In this document: positions 1 to 14,100 of the stretch, piece by piece
Layout: each line of letters begins with the position of its first letter
Position numbering within the stretch: position 1 is the first letter of the stretch
Source of the DNA: Acanthaster planci
Lineage: Eukaryota
Direction: 5' to 3'
DNA length: 64,000 bases
Assembly (NCBI RefSeq): GCF_001949145.1
Contig: NW_019091357.1
Span: 1,977,704 to 2,041,703 of the forward strand
Translations under genes and position numbers: made by a program
The notes under the pieces: generated by a model
Told to the model about the DNA's origin: nothing
Database searches by the model: none
Seen by the model: only the letters and a program-made list of their open reading frames with translations

Positions 1-3000
1 AATAAAAAATGAAGCTTTTTTTATTTTTGCATGTTTCTCTGTACATATTTTCTCTTTTAGGCCAGATTGATTTCGTTTAATTAATTTTAATCTGCATGGC
101 TATTATTTTGTACATGACAGTTTGACGGTTGAAGGTAAAAGACACCTTTGTTCAAAGCTTGCCAGTACATGTGCAGTTCCTTGTTTTTTCACCTTGAAGA
201 CCAGTATGTAACAGGCATGAAATGCATTCTGCAGTCCCACAAAATGAGTCTTCACTCACCATCACTTAATGTAAAGGGAAAGGCAGCAAAGCTAATCAGG
301 GGCAATGCCAGACATTGGAATCTTTCCAAGTTTCCCCCCCCCCCAGTCTGCATGTGGCATGTTTACAAGCTGTCTAAACACAAGGTGGATGGAGATCATC
401 TTCCTGGGAGCTTTGCTCAGACCAAAATTCAGCTTTGGTGTCCGAGTCCCTTTGAAACACAGTTTGTTTGGTTTTGTTGGAAAATAGTGTGACCCACCTT
501 TGGGGGCAAAGTATGAAGCTGTTGGGGTGTGTTGAGAGGGAGGGTTTATGCACGTAACATGTACCTCCTGATCTTTGTTCGAGGACAATCTATGTGTGTC
601 TAGTTGTTTAAATACATAAATGTGCTAATGTCTTGGTGTGAACGCACTTCAGGGAAGGCATTCATGTGTGTACTCTCCCCAGTTAGGCGCACCGGCTACT
701 TGTAAGCAAGCAAGCTAAGAAAACAAAAACAAAGAAGATTAGCTACATGTAAGACGTTACTGAGCCAGACATAGGTAGAAGACACTAAATAGTACTTTCA
801 GATAAAAAGCTATTTTTAATTAAGACTTTTTCCTACCTGCTGCACGGGTCTGACTCTCACCCAAGTGAGGACTGAAGTGCTGAGGAGCCAAGGTCTGAGG
901 ACCCAATTCTATGGCACTGAGTGTTAATCCAAGCATGTATGAGTGTCCTCATACATGGACAATAAGGTCCCCGATTGACAGCTGTGTACAAAACGTATGG
1001 GTGGTCTTCTGAAAAAGTTTAAGTACAAACAAAAGAGGAACAATAGGGGGTCCCCAGTTGCAGGCAAATACACTCTTGCTTGTGTGAGGGGGGTAAATCT
1101 CAAGTCTGTTGAATCACTGCAGACTGCTGATGCCACACAGGGGCTGTGGTCATATATAATGACCAATCCATTTGACTTTACTTTCAGAACCAAAAGTTTG
1201 AAGAAGTTGAGGTGCAAGACCCACGCGTCAGAGGCACAAGCTATTGCCGTGGATGCAGGTGACTCCCAAAAAGACATTCATCCTTAACCATGACATCACG
1301 GGAGCCAGACATAATTGCTGCCGAAGGCTTTTTTTGTGGATGAACTCTTCCAGTAAAAGGGAAAACATTTTATTTCCAAGTATTGGTTGGGGCAAGATGA
1401 AAGAAGATTTAAAGATGCACACATGCACAAAAAAATCTTTCAAATGAATATGCAGTTTAAAGTTTGCTGACAAAGTATGATCCTGGCTTATGTAAAGAAC
1501 AGTTTTGCTGATTGTTTTAAACATAAAATGGAACTGGTGTTCCTACCTGTACGGTATAATTGTCAGGTTCGTTAATATGTTGCCACAGTATTGTGCTATT
1601 TATCAAAGTAATGATTTTTTTTTTAATACAACATTTAGTCAGTGGTGATCTTGACAGCCTGAATAGAAAACTGAATATTTATTTTGTGAAAAATAATTGG
1701 AAGGAAGGAAATATTTCTGCAATTGAATGTAGACAGAGAATGGTCTCTTGAGTGTGTTTTAAACTTATGCATACGGCAATGCACGTAGTCAATATTTGTA
1801 TATTGGCCTACAGATATTGTTCCTTTTAGTGACAAATGTTGCTGCAGTTTTGTTTAGAGCATTTTTCTAACTTTTTCAAGTTCTAATTAATAATAATTTA
1901 ATACTTCTTGTGTGCGAACATATTTGGACCCCATTTACCCAAGTAATTATTCATCGTCATGTGACCCAATCCAACAAGATTGTAAAAAGTATGGAAGCGG
2001 TGACCTTAATGCACTCCTACCGATGAAACTGGGTCACCGCTCACCAAGGTTACTTTTAGAAGTATGCCTGTTGAAAAAAAATCATGCACCACGGTGAAAA
2101 TTGATGGGAACTTTGAATTGTCTTTTAACTTACTGTCCGGGGTGTGAGACTACATAAAGATCAAAATGAAGATCCCTTCTTGCATTTTGGAATGTAACTG
2201 GGAAAAAAGTCATTGTGACATGCCCTCTGAGTCAGCTTCTATGGGATCTGGACAGAAAATAAAGTAAATAAAGAGACGGGAGACTGTTTCCTTCGGGGCG
2301 AGGGCGACTGTATTTTATGCATGCAGAGCAGTGCTGACGTACTGAAAGTTATTAAATAAGTACAGTAAATCCTAAGTTAATTGTGCTTTCATTTTCCAAT
2401 ATACATGTTACCATAACACTGGTGCATTTCTCCCAAGGGAAGGGACTCTCATACACTGATGGCCAATGAAAAACACCACTTTTTACTTTCTGGGCTTGGT
2501 TTTTACCCACTGACCCAGCAGTACAATAATACTTATGATCGCCTAATTGGAGACAGTGCAATCATAGATGCATGAAGTGAACGAAATACCAAGTGGTTTG
2601 GCTAATCCTCCCCACACTACTCACGGTGAGAAATAGGATGGTTGACAACTTTTTCTAAAGTCAAAAGGTGCTTTTTCACTGTCGATGTAAAATTCAAGTA
2701 CGAGGGGAAAAAAATGCGAGGTCCAACCCCTGAGCCATCCTTTTATACATGTACATGTTAGGAAATCCCGTGTAAGCGTGACGGTGAGAATAAACCAAAA
2801 TGCTTGAGTCTGACGCTCAGTGCATGAGAGTTAGCAGCCAACTTTAAGTTCTGAATTTCAAGATCATGTTGGAACAGCAGCTTTAGCCAGTGCGTGAAAA
2901 CACGGAGCTATAAAAAAGAGGTTTAGTCTTAATAAAATTAGCGAACTCTTCACGTAGGATACCGTTATATACAAAGCCCTCAGCAAATAGGCGACGTCTC

Positions 3001-3195
3001 AGGTTCGGCTGAGACTTGGTTCATGTCAGTACTGGATTATTCCAGAGACCTCTGTTGCCCAATCGGTTGGTAGCTGTGTCAGGGTCACTTAATAAAACTC
3101 ACTTGACGGTATATTTGATGTATTTTTCTGTCTGTGTGTTTTAATGTGAGTGAATTAAACTAAGCAACAAGGTTGTTGTGAGGTTAATATGTGCC

Positions 3196-3328
3196 CAATG
3201 GCAGGGGGGGGGGCTCATGCCCCGCCTATCATTTTGCAGGTGGTGTGGGGCTTAATGGATTGGCCTATTAATGGTTGAATGATATTTTCACAATTGCCCC
3301 ATCTTTAAAAATCGTTCCGCCGCCGTTG
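3196..3328. mobile_element. Degenerate short hAT-like MITE
   Basis: Ends CAATGGCAGG... and ...CCGCCGTTG form imperfect TIRs. Flanks TATGTGCC and TGTATGCC match at 6/8, like a decayed 8-bp TSD. Confidence 0.4.
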
Positions 3329-4853
3329 TGTATGCCTCATCAATATTAAATAGCGTTTTCTGTTAGTCATTACATATTTATAGTATTGCTTCATTTTTGG
3401 CTGTGCCAATCACTCTTTTACAAGACAGAGATGCCAGTCTGACCCTGAAAAGGTCTCACGGCTAACTTTGCAAATAAAAATGGAGATAAAATAAAGATTA
3501 CGGCAAAAATAGGTCGATGATAAAATATGTTGCGACACATTGGTTGTCCTGAAGATTAGCGAAATGGAACCTTGAAGCCAGAGTCAAACTTGGAGGAAAG
3601 CAAATTGGAACCGAGACGTGTTTGGCCTCTGCATAACTGCATAAGGGTCTGTCGTTTTAAACGCCTGCAGTACTTTTCGCAGTTCAAATGCTTTTACGTG
3701 ATCGATAAACCACATTTAAAAACCACCTGGTAATGTCCACTTGGCCAATCTAGTTTCTGAGCACTATTTTTGGCAGGGCCTAGGCTTTCCGAGGGTTTTA
3801 GTTGACGAGCCGGGAAATTTGGAGGAAAGCCAAATCTCCACAGAACCCAGTGTGATTTTTTTGGTCGATTTCTCCGTCTTTTCAACGCGCATCCCCTCAA
3901 CTTAGTGTAGCAATTTTGCACTACAGATACCTTAATTATACAAGTTTGAATTACCGAAGTTATGCTGTCAGATAAGCTAGGGTACTATGGACTCATGCAA
4001 GCAACATGTGCCGTAAACTGAGCCATGCTCTTTTGGCAGAGTTTTCATACGGAATGGCTGATTATAGGACAAATGTTTGCACTAATTTTTCGTCAAAAAT
4101 ATCTGAGCGGTCTAAATGCCACCTAAACAGAACAGCGTGTAAACTGATGTATTAGGATGCAAGTCTCATCCAGTCATCATGTAACAACTCTTGCAAGAGG
4201 TATCTTTGCTATTGGGCTGGGCCGGAAAAAGAACAAACTCTTTAAAGTTAAAGTGTAGAAAAATTATTTTTCATCCTTCGATTTCCTCAGAGGCAGCATT
4301 TTTCCTCAATGTTTCAAAAACACTCCCTCAAATAAAGTGCTTGCCCAGACTCTGAACTTGCACGTGTCGATAATCGATATTTATACATCCAACTATCGAT
4401 CACTCAAAGGGGTGTGCACTGTGACATACTCGATGCTACTATTTTTACCTCTCTACACGTTGAAGTTCCAAACTGTATGAAAAAACACTAACAAAAGACC
4501 AGGGCTCTAATGTTTTCCATTGCAAATGTGCCTTCCTTTCCAAGGAATAGCGCCGTACTGATCGAATTGTGTTTGGGAAAACTTATTTTAAACTGGGCTT
4601 TATTAGTAATCAGAGCACGAAGATTGTATTTTTTAATTTTTCAGGATTGCCACATCCAGGCAGGAAAGGAGTTTTCTTTTCTGTCATTTCTATTCGTTTT
4701 TAAAAACCGAAACCCCATAGTATGTTTTGCATTATGTTCAGATGAACGTGCGCAAACAGTCTCTGACATGAGTGCAGTTGACGAAAAAAATAGCGCCGCC
4801 TGGCGAAAAAAATAGCGCCGCGAGCGGCCGCTCTTGTCTCAGTGGTTCCCGTG

Positions 4854-5415
4854 CGGTGGCGTAGCTAGGATTTTACTAGTAGGGGAGGGGCAAAAAGGGG
4901 CCACCAGCATCTTATGGGGGGGACACCAGCAGCTTTCAGCAGATTTGTCATGACTCGAGTCAGTGATTCGACTCGAGTCCGACTCGAGTCACAATTTTTC
5001 TGGGACCAAATGACTCGACTCGAATCTCTCATGGAGACTCAACTGGAGTACAAGCTTGTGACTCGTGTCTCAAAAAAGTTAAAAGCAAAATTTTAGTTGG
5101 CTAGATACTTGTCATGCTAATTTATTTTAAATGAAAATAAAATACACAAAATGACTTGCATGTAGTTGTATTTTTATTGTTTTGTGTTCAAAAATTTGTT
5201 ACTCAAATTGACTCGAGCTCGGTTCTTGACTGGACTACGGTAAAGTGACTCGATTCGACCTTGACCTAATGACTCGACTCGAGTCACAATGTTAATGACT
5301 CGACTCGTTACAACACTGGCTTTCAGTGATGATGTGGTTTGGGGAGAGGAAAGGCACCTGGGGCATGGGAAATTTGTGGGGGAATGTGTTCCCTTCCCCC
5401 TTGGTTACGCCACTG
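4854..5415. mobile_element. hAT-like MITE (outer element)
   Basis: TIRs CGGTGGCGTAGC (4854) and GTTACGCCACTG (ends 5415). Flanking 8-mers TTCCCGTG and TTCCCTTC match at 6/8. Interrupted by a second element. Confidence 0.7.
4940..5318. mobile_element. GACTCGAGTC-rich hAT-like MITE nested in the outer MITE
   Basis: Perfect 8-bp TSD GCTTTCAG at 4932-4939 and 5319-5326. Termini CAGATTTGTCA and TTACAACACTG. Many subterminal GACTCGAGTC/GACTC motifs. Confidence 0.85.
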
Positions 5416-5498
5416 TTCCCTTCATTGGAGATCAATGCAAAAATATCGAGGTCCTCGCGACAGATGTCTGTAGGCTTGGGGACGGGGACCAGTCTAAC

Positions 5499-5593
5499 CT
5501 GTGCTGCTGCTTGTCTGAATCACTTGGCTGTGGCTTACAATTACACACGACTCTATGGGAACTGGCTGCGGCAACTTCCATAGACTCGTCCAT
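5499..5593 (-). CDS. Candidate first coding exon of an unidentified gene divergent from RNF144 (MDESMEVAAASSHRVVCNCKPQPSDSDKQQH...)
   Basis: ATG preceded by an in-frame stop, acceptor ttttctaag upstream, donor AG|gttaga, and a further upstream donor AAG|gtaaac near 5837. No recognisable homology. Confidence 0.25.
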
Positions 5594-6965
5594 GAGTATG
5601 GTATCGTCCAATTTTCATCACAGGGAAATACCCCACCTTAGAAAACAATGTCCTGTTTGTTTCAGGAATTTATTAAACATTTAAAGAAACATAATCTTTA
5701 GAAAGATAGTATGTTCTTAGTATTAGATAGTAGTATAGTATTAAATTTCACAAATTCATTAGCTTGAAAAGTGTGAACTAGTGGTCAGACAGCACGAATA
5801 TTATTTTGATCAACGCGAACCCTCGCAATTGGTTTACCTTCAAGGTTAAGTGGTACCGTCAATACAATGCTTCCGGAACTTCAAGCGACATGCGCGTACG
5901 TATATGTACACATTTATGTGTACACGTATAATCAAATTTGCTAGTGTTACGCTATGGCAGTATAATAAATCTATGTACGCAAACGCTTTGCAAATCTCCA
6001 ATTTGTGTAATGTCGTAAAGCTATGGAGTAACCGCTGAGCAACGGAATAACATTCGTCTCCCGTTGGTAAGAATTGAAAGACTAATGACTTTATGTGAGA
6101 AACTTCTGCCGCAGCTGATGCTTTTACTAAGCGCAAGCTAGCGCTCGCTCCATTGTTGGCAGACTGGACCTGTCACTAGTCAGTCATAAGACTGTATCTC
6201 TCCCCTCCTTCCTACATCATGATCTGAAACAGCTTAGGCCTAGGCAGAAAGACCCAGTAGGCCTAGCACTATTTAGTATACATAGTGTACAGCTAGAAAG
6301 CCAGAAAGAGTTCCACATACGTGACATACGGACGCCACTTGTCACCCCGTGCGTGCACAAACCCTATGACTTATGAGACAAGAACCCTAGAGATTGCCAC
6401 TTTGTGCCAGGTCTGAAAAATTTTATGTGTTTTCTAAATAAACGACTTCGTATTTTCCCTCCTAAATTGAACTTTTCTGGACATAAGCTGATGATTTTGC
6501 TTTCTGATTGCTAATAATAAGTCAGTGTAGGGAAAAATTACTGGCGTCTTAATGTATGGAACTCTTCCCGTTACTGCAAAGATGGATTTGTATATACTGC
6601 TAGCTTCCAGTTTTAATGAACTGTTTTTGTGTTTTTAATTTTTCTGTGTTAAACTGCATCCTGTCTGCCCATCGTCCTTGGACATGTTGGACATGGTTCA
6701 TGTTCGCTTCTAACTGGTAGAAATTTCTCAAAAGTGGTTCAATATTTTGATCTGAAAATTGACATCAAATTAGAATCCTGTAATTTTATCCAAGGCTTTT
6801 TAAATTGTTGGAATTTGTAATGAAAATTGTGTCAAATTCTTCTCTTCACCTGAATAAAATGGTATTTTTATAACCTGAGATGAATATTGATCTGTCACCC
6901 AGACTGATGAGACCTTTGGATGAGCGCCTTGAAGTGTTCACTGCCAGTACCTAACAAGGGTTGTC

Positions 6966-9900
6966 ATGGCAATCAGTACGGTGAGCGGTGATCTTGCCTT
7001 GGATCCCCTCATAACATGCAAGCTCTGTCTGTGTGAATATTCCATGAAGGATATGCACCAGATGCAGGAATGTAGCTGTGTTTATTGCATTTCGGTGAGT
7101 AAACTACGAACGCATGTACATTGTACGCTCCTTGTGCCCTCTCAACGGTAATACAACACTCCAACTGTAGCATCGGTCCAAGTAGTGAATGGGCCTGTCT
7201 CAGCTACAATAGCCAGCCCAAATTCAGCACTTTAATTAAAGTCGGGACTATCATCCGTTTCAACTGTGGTTGGGACTATCCCATTACTGGGACCTAAGTC
7301 AGTCAAAGAGGGTGAGAATAGACCTGGCCCTTGAAAACCATTTCTGTTCTAAATGCCCACTACCCTTGTGTAGGCCCTGAGAATTTGTGCACATTTTAAT
7401 GAAAATCAATTCTGTATACTTTGTCCCATAACCACTCAAGCCTATGCATTGAGGCGTGTTCAGCTTACAGAGAGCGGTTGCTCGACGACAAAGTACCAGC
7501 TCTTGTTAACAGAATCTGACCCAAAGTGCATCATGCATGATGGCACTGCACAAGGGAAGAAAAACACCACACTGGTTGTTTGCAACCTTAAAAGGAAAGT
7601 GTCTGTTGCTCATTGCATAACGGGTAAACTTTTGTAGACCTGCACTACATATTTTGTTGGATGCATTTACTTTTTGTGTTGAAATGACGTCAGTGGGTGT
7701 TTAATCATTCTCCCTCTGTTTGCAGTGTCTTCGTCAGTACTTATCAATTCTCATTCGAGAGGGCGCTGTGAGCAGCATTACCTGCCCAGATGCAGCATGC
7801 CGAGAAAGGGGCAAAGTCCAGGGTAACGAGGTAAGAGATCATCCCACAGGCGCTGAGAGTTAGGATGCCACTTCACATCCGAAATCACGATGACCCAATC
7901 AATGTGGATGAGCACTCTATGAAGTATGGACGATGTATATGACACATATGAAGCTCGTACAACAATGAGCCAGTTTGATACTTCAACAGCACATGCTCAA
8001 AGCAAATGTCATTCGAGAAAGTCAATAGACCCCTTGAAGCTGGTACTCAGTAATGGTTCCTTTAACATTGGCAAGGAACCATTGGCAAAAATGTGAAGCA
8101 CAGTGCCATACTCTGGCTTTCGGGCGTAAGGCTGGCGCTATCAGCATGGCCTTTCACTGGTTCAGATGCACTGAACATGTTCAAACTGATAAAGATGTCA
8201 GGCGCTTTGTTGCAGGACGACCTTGTCTTGTTTTGAAATACTGATCTGGTTCTTTAGTAGAGGACAGGAGAGCATGTGTACCCTCCCCCTCTGTTGTTAC
8301 CACTTCACATGTCGCTTTAAGCTTTCCAAATTTTTGTTTTGATTACGTTACAGGTTAAACTTCTTGTCGGGAGTGAGGTATTTGAAAGATACAAACATGT
8401 CAAATTTGAACTGGGTAAGGGCACTTTCTTGATTGAATCCACAATTGCTTGTTTTATTACAGAGGTTTGGGTTCTTGTTGCATCTGTTGGCATGGAAACT
8501 TGAGATGTTATTTTTTTTCTTTACTCAGAGGTGGACTTGGATCCCAACAGAACCTGGTGCCCCGAAGTTGGCTGTGAGACTATCTGTCACGTCTGCGCTG
8601 GGGACCCATCTAAAGCTAAACCAGTTCACTGCCCGACTGTGAGTATGGAACTCTCGCCCCTTCCCTGAAGAAAAAATATTGAGAGTTTGTTGTTCAACAA
8701 AAGGATGTTTAGCACCTCTGAAGGAGACATGTTGATGACCAAGGGCTAGTTTATGCAAATTTTATTTTCAAACTGTTTTTTGAAAATGTTGAGTTACTTT
8801 TGCCAGGAATGTTTCCAGCAATGGCCTACCTAAGACGGGGAATCCAGGGGCTTGAGCCAGCCCCCCCCTCCCCGAGGTTTTGAATGTTTTTTTCACCCTC
8901 TGAAAAGACGAAGATACGCTGTGCACCTACATCTTAACCTACTGACGCTGATGCATTCCAGTCCCCTGTGTCGCAACGAGAGGTGGGGAGGGCATTAGCT
9001 CCTCCCCACCTCCACGTCAAATCCTGGGTGCATCAAGGCTTCTTTCTATATCACAACATGCATTGCCCATTTCTGTTGTCTTGAAGTCAGAGGCTTAGCT
9101 GTGGGGTAGCCAAGTTCCTCCCCGCCTCCCCCGTGGAATTCCACATCCCAACATTGCCCATCATTTGAAACTTTGAAAGTCGGCAACTTGCATGTATGCC
9201 ACAGTTCACTTCCTTCATAAATGCCTCATAAATGTCCGCCTCATAAATTTTAGATATTGGATTTTGTCGCAGTGTGGCACAGATTTCTGTTCGATTTGCA
9301 AGTCGCGCTGGCATGCCAACCTGTCGTGCGGGGAGTACATGGGAACATTGACTCACAAGACAGGCTCCAGCTCCACCCAAGTCTTGGAAGCGCTAGGGTA
9401 AGACCGCATTTTACTCTGCACCACTTACCAAGGAGAAAAGACAACCTCTTGCTCCAATCTGCTTGAGAAGTGTCGCTCACAAGCTCAGTTCATCTCACAA
9501 TCAATACCTCACGTAAAACTGAGTAGCTATTACCTGCTTGCAGCTTGTCTGCCTGTAGTTGGTAAGCAGGCACTTGCATTAAGCAAATTTTGCCATGTGC
9601 AAATCCGTTCAATATCAGTTGAATGACAGCATTGGACACGTTACATGCAGAGCTCATTTGTACGCTAAGCATCTTTGCACTTTCAATCCATCTTACAGCA
9701 ATTTTCCAAATGCATTTCCTTTGTGTATAAGATCTCCATGAAATATTGAAATCTCAGCTATACTGACGTGAGAAAGTCTGATCAGTCCTATTTGCCAAGA
9801 GTCCGTCATGGCATTCAGCCAGACCCCTTCAACTGTTTCACCGCACTGTTATCCTAAGTTAGTCTTGCCTGTCTTGTCTTGTAGCATTCCTTTCGACAAT

Positions 9901-11064
9901 GAAGAGGTTGCTAAGATCAAGCGATGCCCCATGTGCCACATCCCCATCGAGCGGGACGAAGGCTGTGCGCAGATGATGTGCAAGCGATGCAAGCACGTGT
10001 TCTGTTGGTACTGCCTAGCAAACCTCGACGTAAGTCTTCGTTTTGCCCCAGGTTTTGCCCTTACACGAGTATGTTCATATGCTGTATTCTCAGTGTGGCC
10101 CAAATGTTGCAAAAAAATGTTGCAAACTCTCCCGACGCAAAGCTAAATATCGCCGAGTAAATCTTCATGTTGACCATCTATCCTTGTCCCTTACTTTTGA
10201 CAAGGAAACCTAGTCCTTCTGAAGTTGGCAAGTCTGAGGAATTACCCTCATGTATACGGACTTTGTATTTGCAGGATGATTTTTTACTGCGACACTACGA
10301 CAAAGGACCTTGCAAGAACAAGCTTGGACACTCCAGAGCGTCAGTTATATGGCACAGAACGCAGGTAAGACCAACAAAGTCTGCCGAGCAAAAGTCTGCT
10401 GTTCTCTTCCGCAGGACTTTATCAGGAAAAGTTTCCTATTTTCTTGATGATTTTGTATAGCTTTGGAGGGTGAAATTAGTGACAACGAGGGTTTAAAACG
10501 TAATCCACTTTTTGACTGTTGTTTATCAAGGTCAGATGAGCTGTCATGTACAGGGTGGACATGACATGACAGCCTGCTGTTTTGTGTCTTCATGCCAAGA
10601 GGCGCTTTCAGTTACTGTAAAAAGAAGAATACTGCATCATTTTTCAAATGAATTGCTGTACGTACCTATAGATCAGATCCCAGAAAAAGAGTTATGCGTT
10701 CATCTTTCGGTACATTAATTGATTGGTATTACTTTACTGGTGTGCAAGACGTGCAAAGGTGGCTCTAGCGACTTGCAACTTGGTTTGTAAGATTCGGTCA
10801 CAAATATTCTTCAAAGCTTAGCTCTGCCCTGCCTGATGCAAGAACAGCGTCGTGTGACAGTTTCTGGATTCCAAGGGCACATTGTTTGTTGACTGTGATT
10901 GGTTGTGTCTGTTTGCCCAACAGGTGGTTGGCATCTTTGCCGGGTTTGGCCTGCTCCTCCTGCTAGTATCCCCTTTCCTCCTGCTGATAGCTCCCTGCAT
11001 CCTCTGCTGTAAGTGCAAGTGGTGCCGATGCTGCGACGAAGACGATGACTTACCCCCAGCCTAG
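6966..11064 (+). CDS. RNF144A: RBR-type E3 ubiquitin ligase RNF144A/B-like, ~301 aa, 8 coding exons
   Basis: Exons 6966-7094, 7726-7830, 8354-8414, 8529-8638, 9273-9397, 9885-10029, 10275-10364, 10924-11064, all GT-AG with consistent phases. RING1 (CKLC...CPDAAC), IBR (WCPEVGC), RING2 ([32 protein letters not shown]), the [30 protein letters not shown] motif and a C-terminal TM segment. Confidence 0.95.
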
Positions 11065-11188
11065 GGGGAGCCCTTGCACATGTGCAAAAATGGAAGTCGT
11101 GTGATCCTTTCTCAACAACTCGTTTTGGGGAGCCCTTGCACATGTGCAAAAATGGAAGTCGTGTGATCCTGTCTCAACAACTCGTTTC
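11065..11188 (+). repeat. Tandem duplication, 62-bp unit x2, starting right after the RNF144 stop codon
   Basis: GGGGAGCCCTTGCACATGTGCAAAAATGGAAGTCGTGTGATCCT(T/G)TCTCAACAACTCGTTT at 11065 and 11127. Confidence 0.95.
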
Positions 11189-14100
11189 GCGTTTATTGGC
11201 GATGCACTCTGTCGGCCTCATTGCTCAGTAATGTACGGGGGAAGTGCTGAGATGAAATAGCCTTGGTTCACTTGACACAGAAGTTGAGCTGAGTGTCTCC
11301 TGGTTTTAAAGCTGCTGTTACCCATAGGACCCCTTCACAGAACAAGCAATAAGCCCTGTCTGGTTTACTTGGCTATGGCTGACTCTGAAGACACGTGCTT
11401 ATGGGGAGAGGTTGCAGCCATTGGCTTTTATAGGAGTTCATGTCCTCTCCAGCCATGACCAAGACGTTGTTGGAGGCAGCCTCACATTGGTTTTTATGCC
11501 GGAGCACGTTCAGTAGTGCAATGCATATGACGGTATCCACTCTGAGTGAGAACAAGAGAGGGCGGGCTTCTTCATGTAAGGACAATTCTTTGTTGGGAAC
11601 CGTTGCGTACAGACGCAGATTTTTGAGCATTTGGTGAAGGATGCAATTGGCAAGTAGGACACAGATTCAACCTGCCAACTCCACCTAATCTGGCAAGATT
11701 CTATGTGATGTATACACTTGTTTGGGAATCAGGGCTATGGGATGTCACCTCTTTTGTGCGTGTGACTGTTAATTACTTCATAATACACAGAGATTCTGCC
11801 GACAAATGGGAGCCAAGATTTTGATCTCAAGTTTGGAAACGATTTTGATGCAATTTAGCCATGCTTATCCATACAATTTGGAGCAGGAGTGTAACCCAAT
11901 TAAAAATATGTTTACTTACCATTTGTGTGTATATATAGTTGTTTTTATTTATGTACGCATTTGTTAGAAAAAGGAAAAAAAAATCTGACGGTAGCGGCAC
12001 ACTGTAGCAAATAATGCTTTAGTTTCACAAGTGGACTTACTTGAATCTGGTTGAGGAAGAAGCCAAAAAATTGAACTTTGCAATGTACATGTAATGGATT
12101 AGTTTTACTGCAGTGCGAAGCTTGCACGGACCGTTTGTTACCACCTGATCTTTCCTCAGTGTGAATTCTTCACCGTATACGCTTTTATTTTTCTGAAGGT
12201 TAGTTTTGGTTTCATATGTATGGCCATACAGTGTGTACTTGATTTTACGCGTAAAGTTTGTTCGTAAGGATGCACATTCCTTGAACTCTTGCATTTTGTG
12301 CAATTATGTCATTCTTTTACTTGCATAGACAATTCTCCAACAAGATGCACAAGATGGCAATTCTAATTTGGCACAGTTTACGGCTTTTACAAATGTATAA
12401 CTGTAAATGCGGTATATTATTTTAATTGTCTTTCTGGGAAAAGGATTTACCTGTTGCCACCGCACGTGTTTCACAGTTGTCTTTCTCTGCAAACCAGTTT
12501 GCTCTATGGAGGCCAAGTAGACATAATCAGGCAATTTTTTTTTTCATGGGGGAAGGCAAGCTGATGGGATAAACTGCTGATCCCCCCCCCCGTGCCTAAT
12601 GATGGGTATACATGTATGTACAGTACACGTTTACGTACATTTAGTCTCACATTTATTTTGTATAGACACAACAAGTCCGTGGCCACTCTGCACGACCTGC
12701 AGCTTGTTACCTGTGGTGTTTTGGCTGAATTTCAAATATCCGCGGATTTACTTGCCCTTTCGAAAGTTGGGTTTTCAGCCCTAAAAGTGCACCTTCAGCA
12801 AGTGGTTAATGTAAAATGAAGGGCAGTGTGTACAGGTTACAAAACACAGGGCGACAAATGAAGGGAGTTTAAAAATGAAAGGTGAAATTTGGAGTTAACA
12901 TTGAAGGCTGTAAGATCCTTGAATGGAGTCGTGTAATACATGTGCATGTGCCAAAACAGCATAGGCCACGGCACACTGACTGAGCACTACGTGATAAACA
13001 GTTTTGGTTATGCATTAATAATGTTAAGAGTATACATGTATAGTTTTTTTAGAAGTCAGGATAACATGACACAGATGAAGTAAAAGTGCATAATTACTTC
13101 GACTCCCTGTGCAGTGTTCCGGAAACTCCAGTCTAAAAATGCTTATGTCCATCACAGGTCACCTATGCCGTGTTATTGTACAACTCACTGGTCCAATGAT
13201 CCCCATCCCACGTGTAGTGGTTTAATAGCCAGGAACTATTCTGTGCGTATTTAACAATATTTTATACAAGTGGGACCAATGTTGGATCTTTAAACACCTA
13301 AAAGTTTGATAAATGTGCTTTTAAGAAATGTTTACAAGGACGATTGGGAATGAGGCAGGCAGGGCTATCTCTAAAAAGAGCTGCCTGGTCGCCTACATGA
13401 CCGAGCGCCGCCTCCTTTCATTCTGAGGATTGGCCCATCAGTCATTATCAGTTGTTTTGCTCATCCAGTTAAGGCCTAGAAAAAAAAAACTTCCAGAAAG
13501 TGACTTGTGTGGTGTCAACAGCACATTTTGTCAAGGTCGGGAAAAGTGTTCGTTCCGAAACTGTCCAGCAGCCGCTGAACATGTCATGAAATCTTGAAAC
13601 TGTTAATAATCCCACCTCGTGTTCATTTACACCACCCAGTATATACAGTAAATAAAAGTCACTGCACAAAATGCATCTCATGAATTGAAAGTTCTTCCCC
13701 CCCCATTGTGTACATTAAAAAAGCCAGTTCTTATTCCAAAAGTGCACGTCCGAAATGAAGCAAGGTCATTCAGATGCGCATGTTTTGCCCTATCCATGCA
13801 GCTTCACACCAACTTCCACGCACGCTTGTTCCCTGCTGACCTTACGTCTTTGAAATAGAGAATTTGCCCATTCCAAAAGATTAACTTTGATCAGGGGTGT
13901 GAGTGGCCACTTAAAATTAAAGCTGAAAACGGCTCGCAAAAAGGCTGAAATGTAAGAGTTCCATACTCGTGTACAGACCAGGTGTACCAAAAGCTAAAAT
14001 TCAGGGTCGACATCTTTCCAAAAGAAAGCTAATTCTCACACCCGTTTAATGCTTTGGAAACGAGCTGCAGGCTGTCCATTCTTCCATATTTATCTTTGTA

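Noticed and set aside
4940..5318. Repeated GACTCGAGTC palindromes as a CRISPR-like array
   Set aside because: There is no constant repeat-spacer period and no cas genes; the TIRs and 8-bp TSD identify a MITE.
6960..6973. X-box-like GTTGTCATGGCAAT
   Set aside because: It overlaps the RNF144 start codon and is explained by the ATG GCA ATC context.
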